A DNA stretch of 64,000 bases. Origin: Actinomycetota bacterium. GTDB taxonomy: Bacteria; Actinomycetota; Thermoleophilia; UBA2241. Of the stretch, positions 29,334-40,047 are shown piece by piece. Numbering within the stretch: the first letter of the stretch is position 1; every line of letters starts with the position of its first letter. The position numbers were made by a program, and so were the translations under genes. Location: NCBI GenBank assembly GCA_012514235.1, contig JAAZAR010000029.1:39-64038 (forward strand). The letters run 5' to 3'. Below the pieces are notes generated by a model. It was not told where the DNA came from, did not search any database, and worked only from the letters and a program-made list of their open reading frames with translations.

Positions 29334-30626
29334 TCAACCTTCGAGACCCTCTTCCTGGCCGAAGAGATCCTCGTGCTCGAGCATGTGGCCCATCTTGTCG
29401 CGCTTGGTGCGCAGGTAGCAGCGGTTGTCCTCCTGCGGCGGCACCTCGATCGGCTCCCTGCCCGTCACGCTCAGACCGTAGCCCTCGAGGGCGACGATCT
29501 TCTTTGGGTTGTTGGTCATGATGCGGATCGTCGACAGGCCGAGGTCGGCGAGGATCTGCGCGCCGGTGCCGTAGTCCCGGAGGTCCGGCGCGAACCCCAG
29601 TTCCACGTTGGCTTCGACGGTGTCGTACCCCCGCTCCTGGAGCGCGTACGCCTTGAGCTTGTTGATGAGGCCGATGCCGCGGCCCTCCTGCCGCATGTAG
29701 AGCACCACCCCGAGGCCCTCGGCCTCGATGCGCCGCATCGCCTCGGCGAGCTGGTCGCCGCAGTCGCAGCGCAGCGAGCCGAACGCGTCGCCCGTGAGGC
29801 ATTCCGAGTGCACGCGGACCAGGACGTCCTTCTTGCCGGCCACGTCGCCCTTGATGATGGCGACGTGGTGGGCGCCGTCCAGCACGCACTCGTACCCGAT
29901 GGCCTTGAAGTCGCCGTACCTGGTCGGCAGGGCGACGGTCGCCGCGCGGCGGACCAGATGCTCGTTGCGGCGCCGGTACTTGATGAGGTCGGCGACCGTG
30001 ATGATCTTGAGGCCGTGCTTGCGCGCGTAGGGGACGAGGTCGGGCACGCGCGCCATGGTCCCGTCGTCGTTCATGATCTCGCAGATCACGCCGGCGGGGT
30101 TGAGCCCGGCGAGCCGGGCGAGGTCGACGGCGGCCTCGGTCTGCCCGGAGCGCTCCAGCACGCCGCCCGGCCGGGCCATGAGCGGGAAGACGTGGCCCGG
30201 CTGGACGAGGTCGCTGGGCTTGCTCTCCGGGTCGATCGCCACCTGGATCGTATGCGCCCTGTCGGCCGCCGAGATGCCCGTCGTGACCCCCTCGCGCGCC
30301 TCGACGGAGACCGTGAAGGCGGTCTGAAGGCGCGCCTCGTTGTGGCTCGTCATGGGCGGCAGGTCGAGCTCGGCGCAGCGCTGCGGCGTGAGCGAGAGAC
30401 AGATGAGGCCGCGGCCCTCCTTCGCCATGAAGTTGATCTTCTCGGCCGTGGCGAACTGGGCCGCCAGGGTCAGGTCTCCTTCGTTCTCCCGGTCCTCGTC
30501 GTCGCAGACGATGACCATGCGTCCTTCGCGCAGGTCGTCGAGCGCCTCCTCGATGGTCGCGAACGGCTCCTGCGGGCCGGCATCCGTCGCCGCCGCTGCT
30601 GCCTCGTCTTTGTGGTCCACCGTCAT
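29334..30626 (-). CDS. ribBA: bifunctional 3,4-dihydroxy-2-butanone-4-phosphate synthase / GTP cyclohydrolase II
   Basis: Starts at MTVDHKDE. Motifs: [36 protein letters not shown]. 1-nt overlap with the ribE stop. Confidence 0.95.
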   Translation of the reverse strand: MTVDHKDEAAAAATDAGPQEPFATIEEALDDLREGRMVIVCDDEDRENEGDLTLAAQFATAEKINFMAKEGRGLICLSLTPQRCAELDLPPMTSHNEARLQTAFTVSVEAREGVTTGISAADRAHTIQVAIDPESKPSDLVQPGHVFPLMARPGGVLERSGQTEAAVDLARLAGLNPAGVICEIMNDDGTMARVPDLVPYARKHGLKIITVADLIKYRRRNEHLVRRAATVALPTRYGDFKAIGYECVLDGAHHVAIIKGDVAGKKDVLVRVHSECLTGDAFGSLRCDCGDQLAEAMRRIEAEGLGVVLYMRQEGRGIGLINKLKAYALQERGYDTVEANVELGFAPDLRDYGTGAQILADLGLSTIRIMTNNPKKIVALEGYGLSVTGREPIEVPPQEDNRCYLRTKRDKMGHMLEHEDLFGQEEGLEG

Positions 30627-31264
30627 CAGAACCCCGCTTCCGCTAGCTTCTCCCACGTGAGTCCGTCGTCCGGCTTGCGGCCGGCAACGAACGCGTAGAC
30701 GTACTTGGCGATCAGATCGGCCTCGAGATTGACCCGGGACCCGGCCGAGAGGCGCCTGAGCGTGGTGATCGCGGCCGTGTGAGGGATGAGCGAGACGCGG
30801 ATGCGCCCGTCCCCCACGCTCACCACCGTGAGACTCACGCCGTCGACGGCGACCGACCCCTGATCGACGGTCACTTGCGCCACGGCGGCCGGTGCGTCGA
30901 TCGTGACGAGGAGCGCGTTGTCCTCGGGCGTGACGGAGGTCACCGTCCCCACCCCGTCCACGTGGCCGCTCACGAGGTGGCCGCCCAGGCGCGCGTTCAG
31001 GGTGAGCGCGCGCTCGAGGTTGAGGCGGTCGCCGGGGCGGCGGTCGCTCAGGGTGGTCCGACGGACCGTCTCCGGCATGGCGTCGGCCGTGAACCCGTCG
31101 GTGTGCAGCGCAGTGATCGTGAGGCACACGCCGTCGGTGAGGATGCTGTCGCCGACGGCGGCGTCCTCCGTGACCTTGGACGCGCCGATGTCCAGCACGA
31201 CGCTCTCTGCGCCCGGTCTGACGCGGCGCAGCGTCCCTACCTCTTCGACGATGCCGGTGAACAT
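30626..31264 (-). CDS. ribE: riboflavin synthase alpha chain
   Basis: [12 protein letters not shown]..., with a duplicated lumazine-binding repeat ([12 protein letters not shown] / [11 protein letters not shown]). Confidence 0.92.
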   Translation of the reverse strand: MFTGIVEEVGTLRRVRPGAESVVLDIGASKVTEDAAVGDSILTDGVCLTITALHTDGFTADAMPETVRRTTLSDRRPGDRLNLERALTLNARLGGHLVSGHVDGVGTVTSVTPEDNALLVTIDAPAAVAQVTVDQGSVAVDGVSLTVVSVGDGRIRVSLIPHTAAITTLRRLSAGSRVNLEADLIAKYVYAFVAGRKPDDGLTWEKLAEAGF

Positions 31265-32352
31265 CAGGACCCGCTCCGGACAACGGTGCCGCTGAGCATG
31301 AGGTCGTCGCAGACGCGGTCCCACCGCACGTCCTCGAGACGCCAGGCGCCGTCCACGGCGGCCACGGCGGGCGCCGCGAACAGGTCGGGCGCCCCGCGCC
31401 CGACGATGAGCGGCGCGACGAACAGCAGCACGCGGTCGATGAGCCCGGCGCTCAGCAGGGACCCGGCGAGCGTCGGTCCGCCCTCACAGAGCACGTCGAG
31501 CAGTCCTCGCGCGGCGAGGGCGTGAAGCGCCGCGCGCAGGCCCCCTGCTCCGACTTCGAGGAGTTCGGCACCTCGGCTCTCGAGCCGCATGCGCACGCTC
31601 TCCGTCGCCTCCTCCGCGATCACGATGGTCGGTGTCCGGTCTGCCGTGGCGAGGAGCTTCGCCCCCCATGGGAGCACCCCGTCGCGCGTCACCACGACGC
31701 GGACCGGGTCACGACCGTCCGCGAGCCGTACCGTGAGCTCCGGATCGTCCCTGCGGACGGTCCCGGCGCCGACCATCACCGCGTCGACGCGCGAGCGCAG
31801 CTCGTGCACGGCGCGGCGGCTGTCCAGACAGCTGATCCAGCGCGCGTCTCCGCTGGACGCCGCGACCTTGCCGTCCAGCGTGACGGCGGCCTTGTAGGTC
31901 ACCAGAGGGAGACGCGTGCGATGGTACTTGACGAAGGGCGCGTTCTGCTCGCGGGCGCGCGCCCCGAACCGGGCCTCGTCAAGCCGGACGTCGACGTCCC
32001 CGTCCGAGAGCTTGCGCAGGCCGCGTCCGTCCACCAGAGGGTTCGGATCGCGGAGAGCGACCACGGCCCGTGAGACGCCGGCGGCCACGAGAGCGTCCGC
32101 GCAGGGAGGCGTCTTGCCGTGGTGGCTGCACGGTTCGAGCGTGCAGTAGAGCGTCGCGCCGCGGGCGCGCTCCCCGGCCTCCGCCAGGGCAATGGCCTCG
32201 GCGTGCGGCTCGCCCGGGGCGAGGTGCCAGCCCCTCCCCACGACCTCGCCGTCCTTGACCAGTACGGCGCCGACGAGGGGATTGGGGTGCGTGCTGCCCC
32301 TGCCGCGCTCGGCGAGCAGGAAGGCCTCTTCCATGTACTGACTGTCGTCCAT
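31264..32352 (-). CDS. ribD: bifunctional riboflavin biosynthesis deaminase / reductase
   Basis: 362 aa with [10 protein letters not shown]...[14 protein letters not shown] (CMP/dCMP deaminase zinc motif) and a C-terminal RibD reductase domain. Confidence 0.93.
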   Translation of the reverse strand: MDDSQYMEEAFLLAERGRGSTHPNPLVGAVLVKDGEVVGRGWHLAPGEPHAEAIALAEAGERARGATLYCTLEPCSHHGKTPPCADALVAAGVSRAVVALRDPNPLVDGRGLRKLSDGDVDVRLDEARFGARAREQNAPFVKYHRTRLPLVTYKAAVTLDGKVAASSGDARWISCLDSRRAVHELRSRVDAVMVGAGTVRRDDPELTVRLADGRDPVRVVVTRDGVLPWGAKLLATADRTPTIVIAEEATESVRMRLESRGAELLEVGAGGLRAALHALAARGLLDVLCEGGPTLAGSLLSAGLIDRVLLFVAPLIVGRGAPDLFAAPAVAAVDGAWRLEDVRWDRVCDDLMLSGTVVRSGS

Positions 32353-32525
32353 ACAAAACAGCCCTGCAAGCGTGCGCTTCAGGGCCGCGGACGACGCCGT
32401 GACGTCGGGCCTGCTTCTCTCGTCCGGACTCTGACCGTCGGCCCAGGAATCTCACCTGGTCGGCCCCTCTCGGGGTTCGCGGGCTATACCGCCGGTGGGG
32501 ACTTCCACCCCGCCCTGAAGCAGCG
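32353..32525 (-). promoter_or_regulatory. FMN riboswitch (RFN element) with terminator-type expression platform
   Basis: Minus-strand RNA: CUGCUUCAGGGCGGGGUGGAAGUCCCCACCGGCGGUAUAGCCCGCGAACCCC...GGUGAGAUUCCUGGGCCGACGGUCAGAGUCCGGACGAGAGAAGCAG. P1 is closed by CUGCUUC/GAAGCAG. Then GCCCUGAAGCGCACGCUUGCAGGGC + UGUUUUGU directly before the ribD AUG. Confidence 0.85.
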
Positions 32526-32543
32526 ATTGATCGTGCGCCGGGA

Positions 32544-33224
32544 TTATACGCCCTCGACGGCCGCCCGCGCCACCGCGGCGAACCGGGCCTCGATGTCGGG
32601 CCCGCCGAAGACGCTGGAACCGGCCACCAGCCAGCCGGCGCCGGCGGCGACCAGCGCCCCGGCGTTGTGCTCGCTCACGCCTCCGTCGACCTCGATGATG
32701 ACGTCGTCCGGGAGAAGGGCGCGGGCCCGGGCGATCTTGTCCGTGGACGTCTCGATGAAGCTCTGCCCCCCGAAGCCCGGGTTGACGGACATGACGAGCA
32801 CCATGTCGCAGAAGTGTCTGGCCTCGGACAGTGTCTCGACCGGCGTGGCGGGATTCAGGGCGACCCCGGCCAGTGCACCGGCCTCGTGGGTCTGCGCGAG
32901 CGTCCGGTGGAGGTGCACGCACGCCTCCTGATGGACGACGATCATGTCGGCGCCCGCCTCTGCGAACTGCGTGACGTACCTCTCCGGCCGCTCGATCATG
33001 AGATGCACGTCGAGCAGCGCGCCGGCGCCGTGGACCAGCGACTGGAGCGCCTTGACCACGAGCGGGCCGATCGTGATGTTGGGGACGAAGTGGCCGTCCA
33101 TGACGTCCACGTGGATCACGCGAGCGCCCGCGTTGAGGACCGTCTCCACGTCCTCGCCCAGACGACCGAAGTCGGCGGAGAGGATCGAGGGCGCCACGTT
33201 GATGCCTCGCAGGATGTCTTCCAC
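32544..33224 (-). CDS. rpe: ribulose-phosphate 3-epimerase
   Basis: 226 aa with APSILSADF, HVDVMDGHFVPN, MSVNPGFGGQ and VDGG. Confidence 0.93.
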   Translation of the reverse strand: MEDILRGINVAPSILSADFGRLGEDVETVLNAGARVIHVDVMDGHFVPNITIGPLVVKALQSLVHGAGALLDVHLMIERPERYVTQFAEAGADMIVVHQEACVHLHRTLAQTHEAGALAGVALNPATPVETLSEARHFCDMVLVMSVNPGFGGQSFIETSTDKIARARALLPDDVIIEVDGGVSEHNAGALVAAGAGWLVAGSSVFGGPDIEARFAAVARAAVEGV

Positions 33225-33242
33225 AGGTCCTCCGATCCGTCG

Positions 33243-34727
33243 TCAGCCGCTGCGTACCCCGCGCGGGTATTCTACCGTGCCCTCGGCCGTCCGGGCGTGC
33301 GGGGACGAGGACGCGCTCACCCGTCGAAGCCGGGCCACGAAGAAGCCCGTCGAGCCGGCGGCCGGCGGCAGGACGAGCAGGAAGCCGCCGGCCTCCGGGT
33401 GCGACAGCCCCGGCCAGGCCGCCCCGAGGTCGTCCACCTCCCAGCCGCCGGCGGCGAGGAGCCGTTCGACGACGCCGAGCGTCTCGGCGCGCGTCACCGT
33501 GCAGACGGCGTAGGTGAGCGCGCCGCCGGGCTTGACGGCGGCGGCGGCGCGCTCCAGGAGTCTCGCCTGGAGTCCCGCGAGACGGGCGACGTCCTGAGGC
33601 CGCCGCCGCCAGCGCAGGTCCGGTCGCGATCCCAGGGTGCCGAGCCCCGTGCAGGGCGCGTCGAGGAGCACGGCGTCGAAGGCGCTCTCCCACTCGGGAC
33701 GCGGCTCCAGCGCATCGGCGCAGACGACCTGCACGGCGTCCGCCCCCAGACGCCTGAGGTTGGCGCGGAGACCGGCCGCCCGTGCCTCGTCCACGTCGAT
33801 CGCGGTGACCGCGGCGTCGGGCTGCAGGGCGGCCAGCTGGCTGGTCTTGGTCCCCGGGGCCGCACAGAGGTCCAGGATCGCCGCGCCGGGAGCGGCGGTC
33901 CCGCCTGCGGCGACGATGCCGGCGATCTGCGAGCCGCGCGACTGCGGGGTCACCAGGCCTTCACGGAAGGCCGCCGAGCTCTCGAGCGGCGGCCCGTCGT
34001 ACACGAGGGCGTCCGGAAGGCCCTCCACGCCGCGAGTGGCGAACCCCTCTGCCGCAAGCGCGGCGGACGCGGTCGCGAGCCCACCCCGCAGGCGGTTGGC
34101 CCGCAGGCATCGCTCGGGCGCAGCGTCGCCTGACTCCAGGAGCCGCCGGGCCGCCTCGTCGCCGAGATCGTCGCGCAGCAGGCGCACGAGCCACACCGGA
34201 TACGAGAGGGCGATCGACCAGGCACGCGCGTCGTCGCCGGCGCCCAGCTCCTCGAGCGTGGCGCGGCCTTCCGCGGCCACGCGACGCAAGACTGCATTGA
34301 CGAAGCCGGTCGCCCGCCTGTCGGAGCGGTGCACGAGCTTGACCGCATCGTCGACCACGGCGTAGGCGGGCACCCGGTCGAGGAAGAGGAGCTGGAACGC
34401 CGCCATCCGGAGGGCGTCCCGCACGTCCGGACGGGCCGCCTTCAGCGGCGCCTTGGTGTAGGCGCCAAGCACGGCGTCGATGGACCCCGTGCGCCGCACG
34501 GTCCCGTTGACGAGCTCGTTGGCCAGCGCTCGGTCCGCCGTGCCGAGGCCGTCCAGTTCGGGCAGCGCGGCGGCCGAGTCGTCGAGTCGCGCCTCGCCGC
34601 GGCGCAGACGACGCAGCGCGGCGAAGGCGGCCGCTCTGGCAGGGCTCACGCCGGCCGGGCGGGGCTGCGCGTCGGACGCGGCGCGAGCCGTCCCCTCCCG
34701 GCCTGCCTCCCTCCCGGGCGTGCTCAC
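33243..34727 (-). CDS. rsmB: 16S rRNA (cytosine967-C5)-methyltransferase RsmB/Sun
   Basis: GTG 34727 overlaps the fmt stop by 4 nt. Has a NusB-like N-terminus, then DLCAAPGTKT, DAPCTGLGT and YAVCT motifs. Confidence 0.88.
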   Translation of the reverse strand: MSTPGREAGREGTARAASDAQPRPAGVSPARAAAFAALRRLRRGEARLDDSAAALPELDGLGTADRALANELVNGTVRRTGSIDAVLGAYTKAPLKAARPDVRDALRMAAFQLLFLDRVPAYAVVDDAVKLVHRSDRRATGFVNAVLRRVAAEGRATLEELGAGDDARAWSIALSYPVWLVRLLRDDLGDEAARRLLESGDAAPERCLRANRLRGGLATASAALAAEGFATRGVEGLPDALVYDGPPLESSAAFREGLVTPQSRGSQIAGIVAAGGTAAPGAAILDLCAAPGTKTSQLAALQPDAAVTAIDVDEARAAGLRANLRRLGADAVQVVCADALEPRPEWESAFDAVLLDAPCTGLGTLGSRPDLRWRRRPQDVARLAGLQARLLERAAAAVKPGGALTYAVCTVTRAETLGVVERLLAAGGWEVDDLGAAWPGLSHPEAGGFLLVLPPAAGSTGFFVARLRRVSASSSPHARTAEGTVEYPRGVRSG

Positions 34728-35617
34728 GGCGAGACCAGGCTGCGTCCCGCGCCGCGCAGGAACTCCGCCGCGCCGACCCGGGTGCGGCCCTCCTGCTGCA
34801 GCTCGTGGACGTCCAGCCAGCCGTCCCCGGCGGCGATCACCAGCCGATCCGCGGTGACGGCCGGCAGAGGCCCCTGGCCGGGCGAGGCGCGCCAGATGCG
34901 CGTCCTGCGGCCGGCGAGCTCGGTGACGGCGCCGATGTGCGGCGAGAGCGCCCGCACCTGGTCGGCGATCGCCGTGGCCGGGCGCGTCCAGTCGATCACC
35001 TTGTCGGCGGCGCCGATCTTGGCGGCATAGGTCGCCTCGCCCTCCTGCGGCCGCCACTCCTGCGTGCCTGCGGCGATGCGTTCGAGCGTCGCCAGGACGC
35101 CGGCGACGGCCGCGGGCGCCAGAAGCTCGTACGCGCGCCCGGCGTCCGCCTCGCGGGGCACGTGCACGCGGCGCTCGTCCCCCACCGGCCCTTCATCCAC
35201 GGCGGCGGTCATGCGCAGCGTGCAGACGCCCAGCTCGGTCTCACCGGCCATGAGCGCGCGCTCGACGGGCGCCGCCCCGCGCCAGCGCGGCACGAGCGAC
35301 GGGTGCACCACGATGCTCTCGACGGCGTCGAGGACCGGCTGGCGGATGATCTGACCGTAGGCGCACGCCACCAAGACGTCCGGGCCGTGCGCCTGGAGCG
35401 CCTGCAGACCCTCGGGGTCGGAGAGGTCCTCGGGCTGGAGGACCGGCACCCCGAGCGTCTGCGCCAGCGTCGCGATAGGCGGCGGCTGCGGGGTGCCGTG
35501 CCGGCCTCGGGGGCGGTCGGGGTTGGTGACGACTGCGACCGGGACGCTGCCGGCGTCGGCGAGCCCCTGGAGCACCAGCTCCGCGAAGCGCGCCGTGCCG
35601 GCGTAGGCGAACCGCAT
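34724..35617 (-). CDS. fmt: methionyl-tRNA formyltransferase
   Basis: MRFAYAGTARFAELVL...VVTNPDRPRGRH...HPSLVPRWRGAAPV. Confidence 0.93.
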   Translation of the reverse strand: MRFAYAGTARFAELVLQGLADAGSVPVAVVTNPDRPRGRHGTPQPPPIATLAQTLGVPVLQPEDLSDPEGLQALQAHGPDVLVACAYGQIIRQPVLDAVESIVVHPSLVPRWRGAAPVERALMAGETELGVCTLRMTAAVDEGPVGDERRVHVPREADAGRAYELLAPAAVAGVLATLERIAAGTQEWRPQEGEATYAAKIGAADKVIDWTRPATAIADQVRALSPHIGAVTELAGRRTRIWRASPGQGPLPAVTADRLVIAAGDGWLDVHELQQEGRTRVGAAEFLRGAGRSLVSP

Positions 35618-35622
35618 GCGGC

Positions 35623-36204
35623 TCAGAGGCCGCCGGCGCCCGGCGCGGCCAGGGCGCCGCCGTCCTCGCGCATGGCGCGAAGAGCGGCGGCGCGCGCGCT
35701 CCTGCTCGTGCGATCGAGGATGAGCACGCCCTCGAGGTGGTCGTACTCGTGCTGGATCACGCGCGCGGTGAACCCCTCGGCGCGGAAGTCGACGGGGTCG
35801 CCGTACTCGTCCGAGCCACGCACGTGTACGCTCACCGGGCGTTCGACGGGCAGAGTGACGCCCGGCACGCTCAGGCATCCCTCCTCCGCCTCCTCGGTCT
35901 CGTCGGAGAACTCGCTGAGCTCCGGGTTCACGAGCACCCGCGGATCGTCGTCGACGTCGTAGACGAGAAGGCGCTGGAGGACGCCCACCTGCGGAGCCGC
36001 CAGGCCCACTCCCGGGGCGTCCTTCATCGTCCGGATCATGCGTTTGGCCAGCTTGCGCAGACCGCGGTCGAAGACCGTGACCTCGCGCGCGCGTTCGCGC
36101 AGCACCGGGTCTCCGACGACCCGGATCTCCTTGCGGGCTTCGCGATGGCGGCGGGTGAGCTCCTGCTCGTCCGCCGTCCGTTCTCTCTGTGCAGTGTCGC
36201 TCAT
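35623..36204 (-). CDS. def: peptide deformylase
   Basis: 193 aa with GVGLAAPQ, EGCLSVPG and QHEYDHLEG. Confidence 0.93.
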   Translation of the reverse strand: MSDTAQRERTADEQELTRRHREARKEIRVVGDPVLRERAREVTVFDRGLRKLAKRMIRTMKDAPGVGLAAPQVGVLQRLLVYDVDDDPRVLVNPELSEFSDETEEAEEGCLSVPGVTLPVERPVSVHVRGSDEYGDPVDFRAEGFTARVIQHEYDHLEGVLILDRTSRSARAAALRAMREDGGALAAPGAGGL

Positions 36205-36242
36205 AGGGTCAATCGTACCTCAGCCGTTCGAGGGGCGCCGCG

Positions 36243-38642
36243 TCAGAGCCACTCAGGTTCGACGTCCGGCACCATCCGCACGCCACGGGCCCGGTAGCGG
36301 TCGCGGTTGGACGCCAGCCAGGCGCGCAGCGCATCGAGGGTTTTCCCTGTTTCGGTAGTCTTTATCACGACCCGGCAGACGTACCGGCCGCGCTCGCGCC
36401 AGATCGGTCCCGGGCCCAGGATCTGGGCCGACTCGGCGAGCCTGGCGCCCAGCTGCTCTGCCGTGAAGCGCCCGGCGACCTCGAGCTGGTCGCGCGACAT
36501 GCCGGAGAGGTCGAGGGCGACGAGGAAGCCGGCGGGCGGGTACCCCAGCTCCCGTCGGCGCTCGAGCTCCTCGGCGTAGAACCGCTCGTCCTCACCCGCG
36601 GCGGCGAGCACGATGGGCCGGGCCTCCGGGTCGAGCGTCTGGACGATCACCCTGCCCGGCCGTTCGCCTCGACCGCTGCGCCCGCCGACCTGCACCAGCA
36701 GGGCGAAGGTGCGTTCCTCGGCGCGGAAGTCCGGGAAGTGCAGGGTGAGGTCCGCGTTCACCACGCCGACGAGCGTGACGTCGGGGAAGTGATGCCCCTT
36801 GGCGATCATCTGCGTGCCGACGAGCACCTTGGGCCCCGGCTCGGCGAACCTGGTGAGGACCCCCTGCAGGCGTGCGTAGGACCCGGCGACGTCCGAGTCC
36901 AGGCGCAGCAACTCCACTCCGGGGAGAAGGAGCCTGACCTCGCGCTCCACGCGCTCGGTCCCGTAGCCGTGCCGCACGAGGTCGGAGCGCCCGCACTCGG
37001 GACACACGGCGGGCGCCGGCTGGGCGTGCCCGCACGTGCGGCAGCGGAGCGTGCGGCTCCCGAACAGCGTGAGCGTGACGTCGCAGCGCGGGCACTGCCA
37101 CGCGTGGCCGCAGTGCTCGCACACCAGGTACGCCGCGTAGCCGCGCCGGTTGAGGAACAGGATCGCCTTCTCCCCCGCGTCGACCGCAGCGGTGAGGGCC
37201 TCGGCGAGCCGTGGCGAGAACAGCCCCTGATGGTGGTCCCGCATGTCGACGATCTCGAGGGCGGGCGGCTGCGACCCGTCGACCCGCCGGCGGAGGTCGG
37301 CGTGACGCGCGACCCGCGCGTACGTCTCCACGCTCGGCGTGGCGGAGCCGAGGAGCACGACGGCCCCCGTCTGCTCGGCCCGCCACTGCGCGACGGTGCG
37401 CGCGTCGTAGGCGGGCTCGCTCTCCTGCTTGTACGAGGTGTCGTGCTCCTCGTCGACGACGATCAGCCCCAGGTCGACGAGCGGCGCGAACACGGCCGAG
37501 CGCGCGCCGACGACGATACGTACGTCGCCGCGGGCGACGGACGCGTAGGCGAGGAGGCGCTCGCCGGCCGAGAGCCCGGAGTGGAGGACCGCTACGCGCG
37601 CGCCGGCGAAGCGGCGCCTCACGCGCGCGACCGTCTGCCCGGTCAGGCCGATCTCCGGTACCAGCAGCAGGACGGAGCGACCGGCTTCGAGCGTGGCCTG
37701 CGCCGCCTGCAGGTACACCTCGGTCTTGCCGCTGCCGGTGACGCCGTGCAGCAGCACCTCGTCGCCCGGCTGCGTCTCGCAGAGGACGCTGTGCAGAGCC
37801 TGGCGCTGCTCGGAGAGCAGGTCCGGGATGTCGGAGAGGGTGGCGCAGGCCTGCAGGCGGGCGGCCTGCGCCTCGGCGGCCGCCGACACGGCGCCTTCCT
37901 GCGCGTGCGGAACGCCGGCCGCATCCTCGGTGGGGAAGCCCGGCGGCGGATCCTCCGCCAGCAGCGCGCCGCGGGCCAGCAAGGCGCGCAGACCCGCCGC
38001 GGAGATCCCCGTCGCCGCACGCAGCTCGCGCTCCTCCACCGCGCCGGCCTCCTCGACCACCTCGATCGCGGCGCGTTGACGGGTCCCGAGCCGGCGCGGC
38101 GTGTCGGGGCCGCGCCGCAGCGTACGCCCGGGGGGCGTGACGCCGACGACGTGCACGCGGTAGCCGATCCGCAGCCAGCCCTTGCGGCGGTAGCGTTCGG
38201 CGTCACGCGCCTGGCCTCCGGCCCGCAGGCGCAGCCCGTCCAGATCGAGCAGGGCGGTCTCGCCGGCGGCCGCGGCCGCGGTGCCGGCGTCCGTCAGTTC
38301 GTACCGGCGGTCGATCTTGAGCGCGCCGGTGGGCGGACACACGAGCGCGAGGGCGACGGCGAAGGAGGTGAGGTAGTGCCGCTCGATGCGGCGTGCGAGC
38401 GCCAGCAGCTCCTCGGGTATGGGCGGGACGCGCAGCACGTCCCTGAGGGCGAGGACACGGCCGTCGTGCTCGGTCGTCTCACGGACTTCGAGCACGACCC
38501 CGATGACGGTCTGGCTTCCGAGCGGCACCGCGACGAGCGCGCCCGGACGCACCGCCGGAGCCAGCTCCCGTGGGATCTCGTAGTCGAAGCCCTCGGAGAA
38601 GGCCCTGGTGCGGACGAGCGGGAAGACGGCGGCGTAGCTCAC
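36243..38642 (-). CDS. priA: primosomal protein N' (replication restart helicase PriA)
   Basis: GTG 38642 (VSYAAVFPLVRTRAFSEGFDYEIP). Walker A GVTGSGKTEVY, DEEHD, and zinc-binding CxxC clusters (CEHCGHAWQCPRC...CRTCGH...CPECG). Confidence 0.9.
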   Translation of the reverse strand: MSYAAVFPLVRTRAFSEGFDYEIPRELAPAVRPGALVAVPLGSQTVIGVVLEVRETTEHDGRVLALRDVLRVPPIPEELLALARRIERHYLTSFAVALALVCPPTGALKIDRRYELTDAGTAAAAAGETALLDLDGLRLRAGGQARDAERYRRKGWLRIGYRVHVVGVTPPGRTLRRGPDTPRRLGTRQRAAIEVVEEAGAVEERELRAATGISAAGLRALLARGALLAEDPPPGFPTEDAAGVPHAQEGAVSAAAEAQAARLQACATLSDIPDLLSEQRQALHSVLCETQPGDEVLLHGVTGSGKTEVYLQAAQATLEAGRSVLLLVPEIGLTGQTVARVRRRFAGARVAVLHSGLSAGERLLAYASVARGDVRIVVGARSAVFAPLVDLGLIVVDEEHDTSYKQESEPAYDARTVAQWRAEQTGAVVLLGSATPSVETYARVARHADLRRRVDGSQPPALEIVDMRDHHQGLFSPRLAEALTAAVDAGEKAILFLNRRGYAAYLVCEHCGHAWQCPRCDVTLTLFGSRTLRCRTCGHAQPAPAVCPECGRSDLVRHGYGTERVEREVRLLLPGVELLRLDSDVAGSYARLQGVLTRFAEPGPKVLVGTQMIAKGHHFPDVTLVGVVNADLTLHFPDFRAEERTFALLVQVGGRSGRGERPGRVIVQTLDPEARPIVLAAAGEDERFYAEELERRRELGYPPAGFLVALDLSGMSRDQLEVAGRFTAEQLGARLAESAQILGPGPIWRERGRYVCRVVIKTTETGKTLDALRAWLASNRDRYRARGVRMVPDVEPEWL

Positions 38643-38670
38643 GCGCCACCGCCGTCTTCCCGGCGCCGCC

Positions 38671-39885
38671 TCAGGTCTTGAGCCCGGCGGCGGCGCGGAG
38701 CGCGTCTGCCTCGTCCGTGCGCTCCCACGTGAAGTCGTGGTCGTTGCGGCCGAAGTGACCGTAGGCTGCGGTCTTGGCGTAGATGGGCCGGCGCAGGTCC
38801 AGGTCGCGCAGGATGGCCGCCGGGCGCAGGTCGAAGTGCTCGCGGATGAGCTGCTCGATGGTGGCGATCTCGACCTTCTCCGTGCCCTCGCAGTCGACCA
38901 TGATGGAGACCGGGTGCGCGACGCCGATGGCGTAGGCCACCTGCACGAGGCACTTCTCCGCGAGGCCACCGGCGACGACGTTCTTGGCCACGTAGCGGGC
39001 TGCGTAGGCGCCGGAACGGTCGACCTTGCTCGGGTCCTTGCCCGAGAAGGCGCCGCCGCCGTGCGGTGCGGCGCCCCCGTAGGTGTCGACGACGATCTTG
39101 CGGCCCGTGAGTCCGCAGTCGCCCATCGGGCCGCCGATGACGAACTTGCCCGTGGCGTTGATCACCGTGATGTCCTCGAGCTTGTCCACGTCGTACATGT
39201 TCTTGGGCAGGATGGGCTCCACCACGTGCTCGAGGAGGTCCGGGTAGATGATGCTCTGCAGGTCGGCGCTCTCAGAATGCTGCGAGGCGAGCACCACCTT
39301 GACGATCTCGACCGGCTTGCCGTCCTCGTAGCGGATCGTGACCTGGCTCTTGCCGTCCGGGCGCAGGTACGGGAGGATCTCGGCCTTGCGGACGTCGGCG
39401 AGGCGCTTGGCGAGCTTGTGCGCGAGCAGGATGGGCATGGGCATGAGCTCCGCCGTCTCCGTGCAGGCGTAGCCGAACATCATGCCCTGGTCGCCGGCGC
39501 CCTGCGAATCGAGGACGTCGTCATCGTTGACATCCGTGCGCACCTCGAGCGCGGTGGTGACGCCCTGGCTGATGTCGGGAGACTGCTCGTCGATGGCCAC
39601 CATGACGCCGCAGGTCTCGTAGTCGTAGCCGTAGTGGGCGCTCGTGTAGCCGACCTCTTTGACCGACTCGCGGACGATCTTGGGGATGTCCACGTAGGTC
39701 TCGGTGGTGATCTCGCCGGCGACGAAAGCCAGACCGGTGGTGACGAGCGTCTCGCAGGCGACGCGGCCGTACGGATCCTCCGTGAGGATCGCGTCGAGGA
39801 TCGAGTCCGAGATCTGGTCGGCGAGCTTGTCGGGGTGACCCTCGGTGACCGACTCTGACGTGAAGAGGTAGTTCCGCTTGTCCAA
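38671..39885 (-). CDS. metK: S-adenosylmethionine synthetase (TTG start)
   Basis: 404 aa with [19 protein letters not shown] and [12 protein letters not shown] 39885 has GGAGG 6 nt upstream. Confidence 0.96.
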   Translation of the reverse strand: MDKRNYLFTSESVTEGHPDKLADQISDSILDAILTEDPYGRVACETLVTTGLAFVAGEITTETYVDIPKIVRESVKEVGYTSAHYGYDYETCGVMVAIDEQSPDISQGVTTALEVRTDVNDDDVLDSQGAGDQGMMFGYACTETAELMPMPILLAHKLAKRLADVRKAEILPYLRPDGKSQVTIRYEDGKPVEIVKVVLASQHSESADLQSIIYPDLLEHVVEPILPKNMYDVDKLEDITVINATGKFVIGGPMGDCGLTGRKIVVDTYGGAAPHGGGAFSGKDPSKVDRSGAYAARYVAKNVVAGGLAEKCLVQVAYAIGVAHPVSIMVDCEGTEKVEIATIEQLIREHFDLRPAAILRDLDLRRPIYAKTAAYGHFGRNDHDFTWERTDEADALRAAAGLKT

Positions 39886-39973
39886 TGCAGTCCTCCGGGG
39901 ACACGCGGCGCGGGCGAGGCCGGCGCGGGTTGGCGTGGTGGACGGGCGGGCAGCTGGCCCGCGAGCCCGTGGG

Positions 39974-40022
39974 AGTCTACCAGACGGCCCGGACGGGCAG
40001 CAACGCGACGTAACAGTTACGT
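39974..40022 (-). promoter_or_regulatory. putative metK promoter with adjacent AT-rich palindrome
   Basis: TTGCTG (40003-39998), an 18-nt spacer, then TAGACT (39979-39974). The 15-nt palindrome ACGTAAC-N-GTTACGT at 40008-40022 lies immediately upstream of the -35 element. Confidence 0.4.
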
Positions 40023-40047
40023 TAGCGGGGCGACCGCGTCTCCCCGC

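Noticed and set aside
39886-39973. Possible SAM riboswitch in the metK leader.
   Set aside because: I could not find the conserved SAM-I/SAM-IV core strings (for example the GGCAACC plus AGAGGGA-type junctions). There are only vague GC-rich similarities. A covariance-model scan would be needed, so I make no claim.
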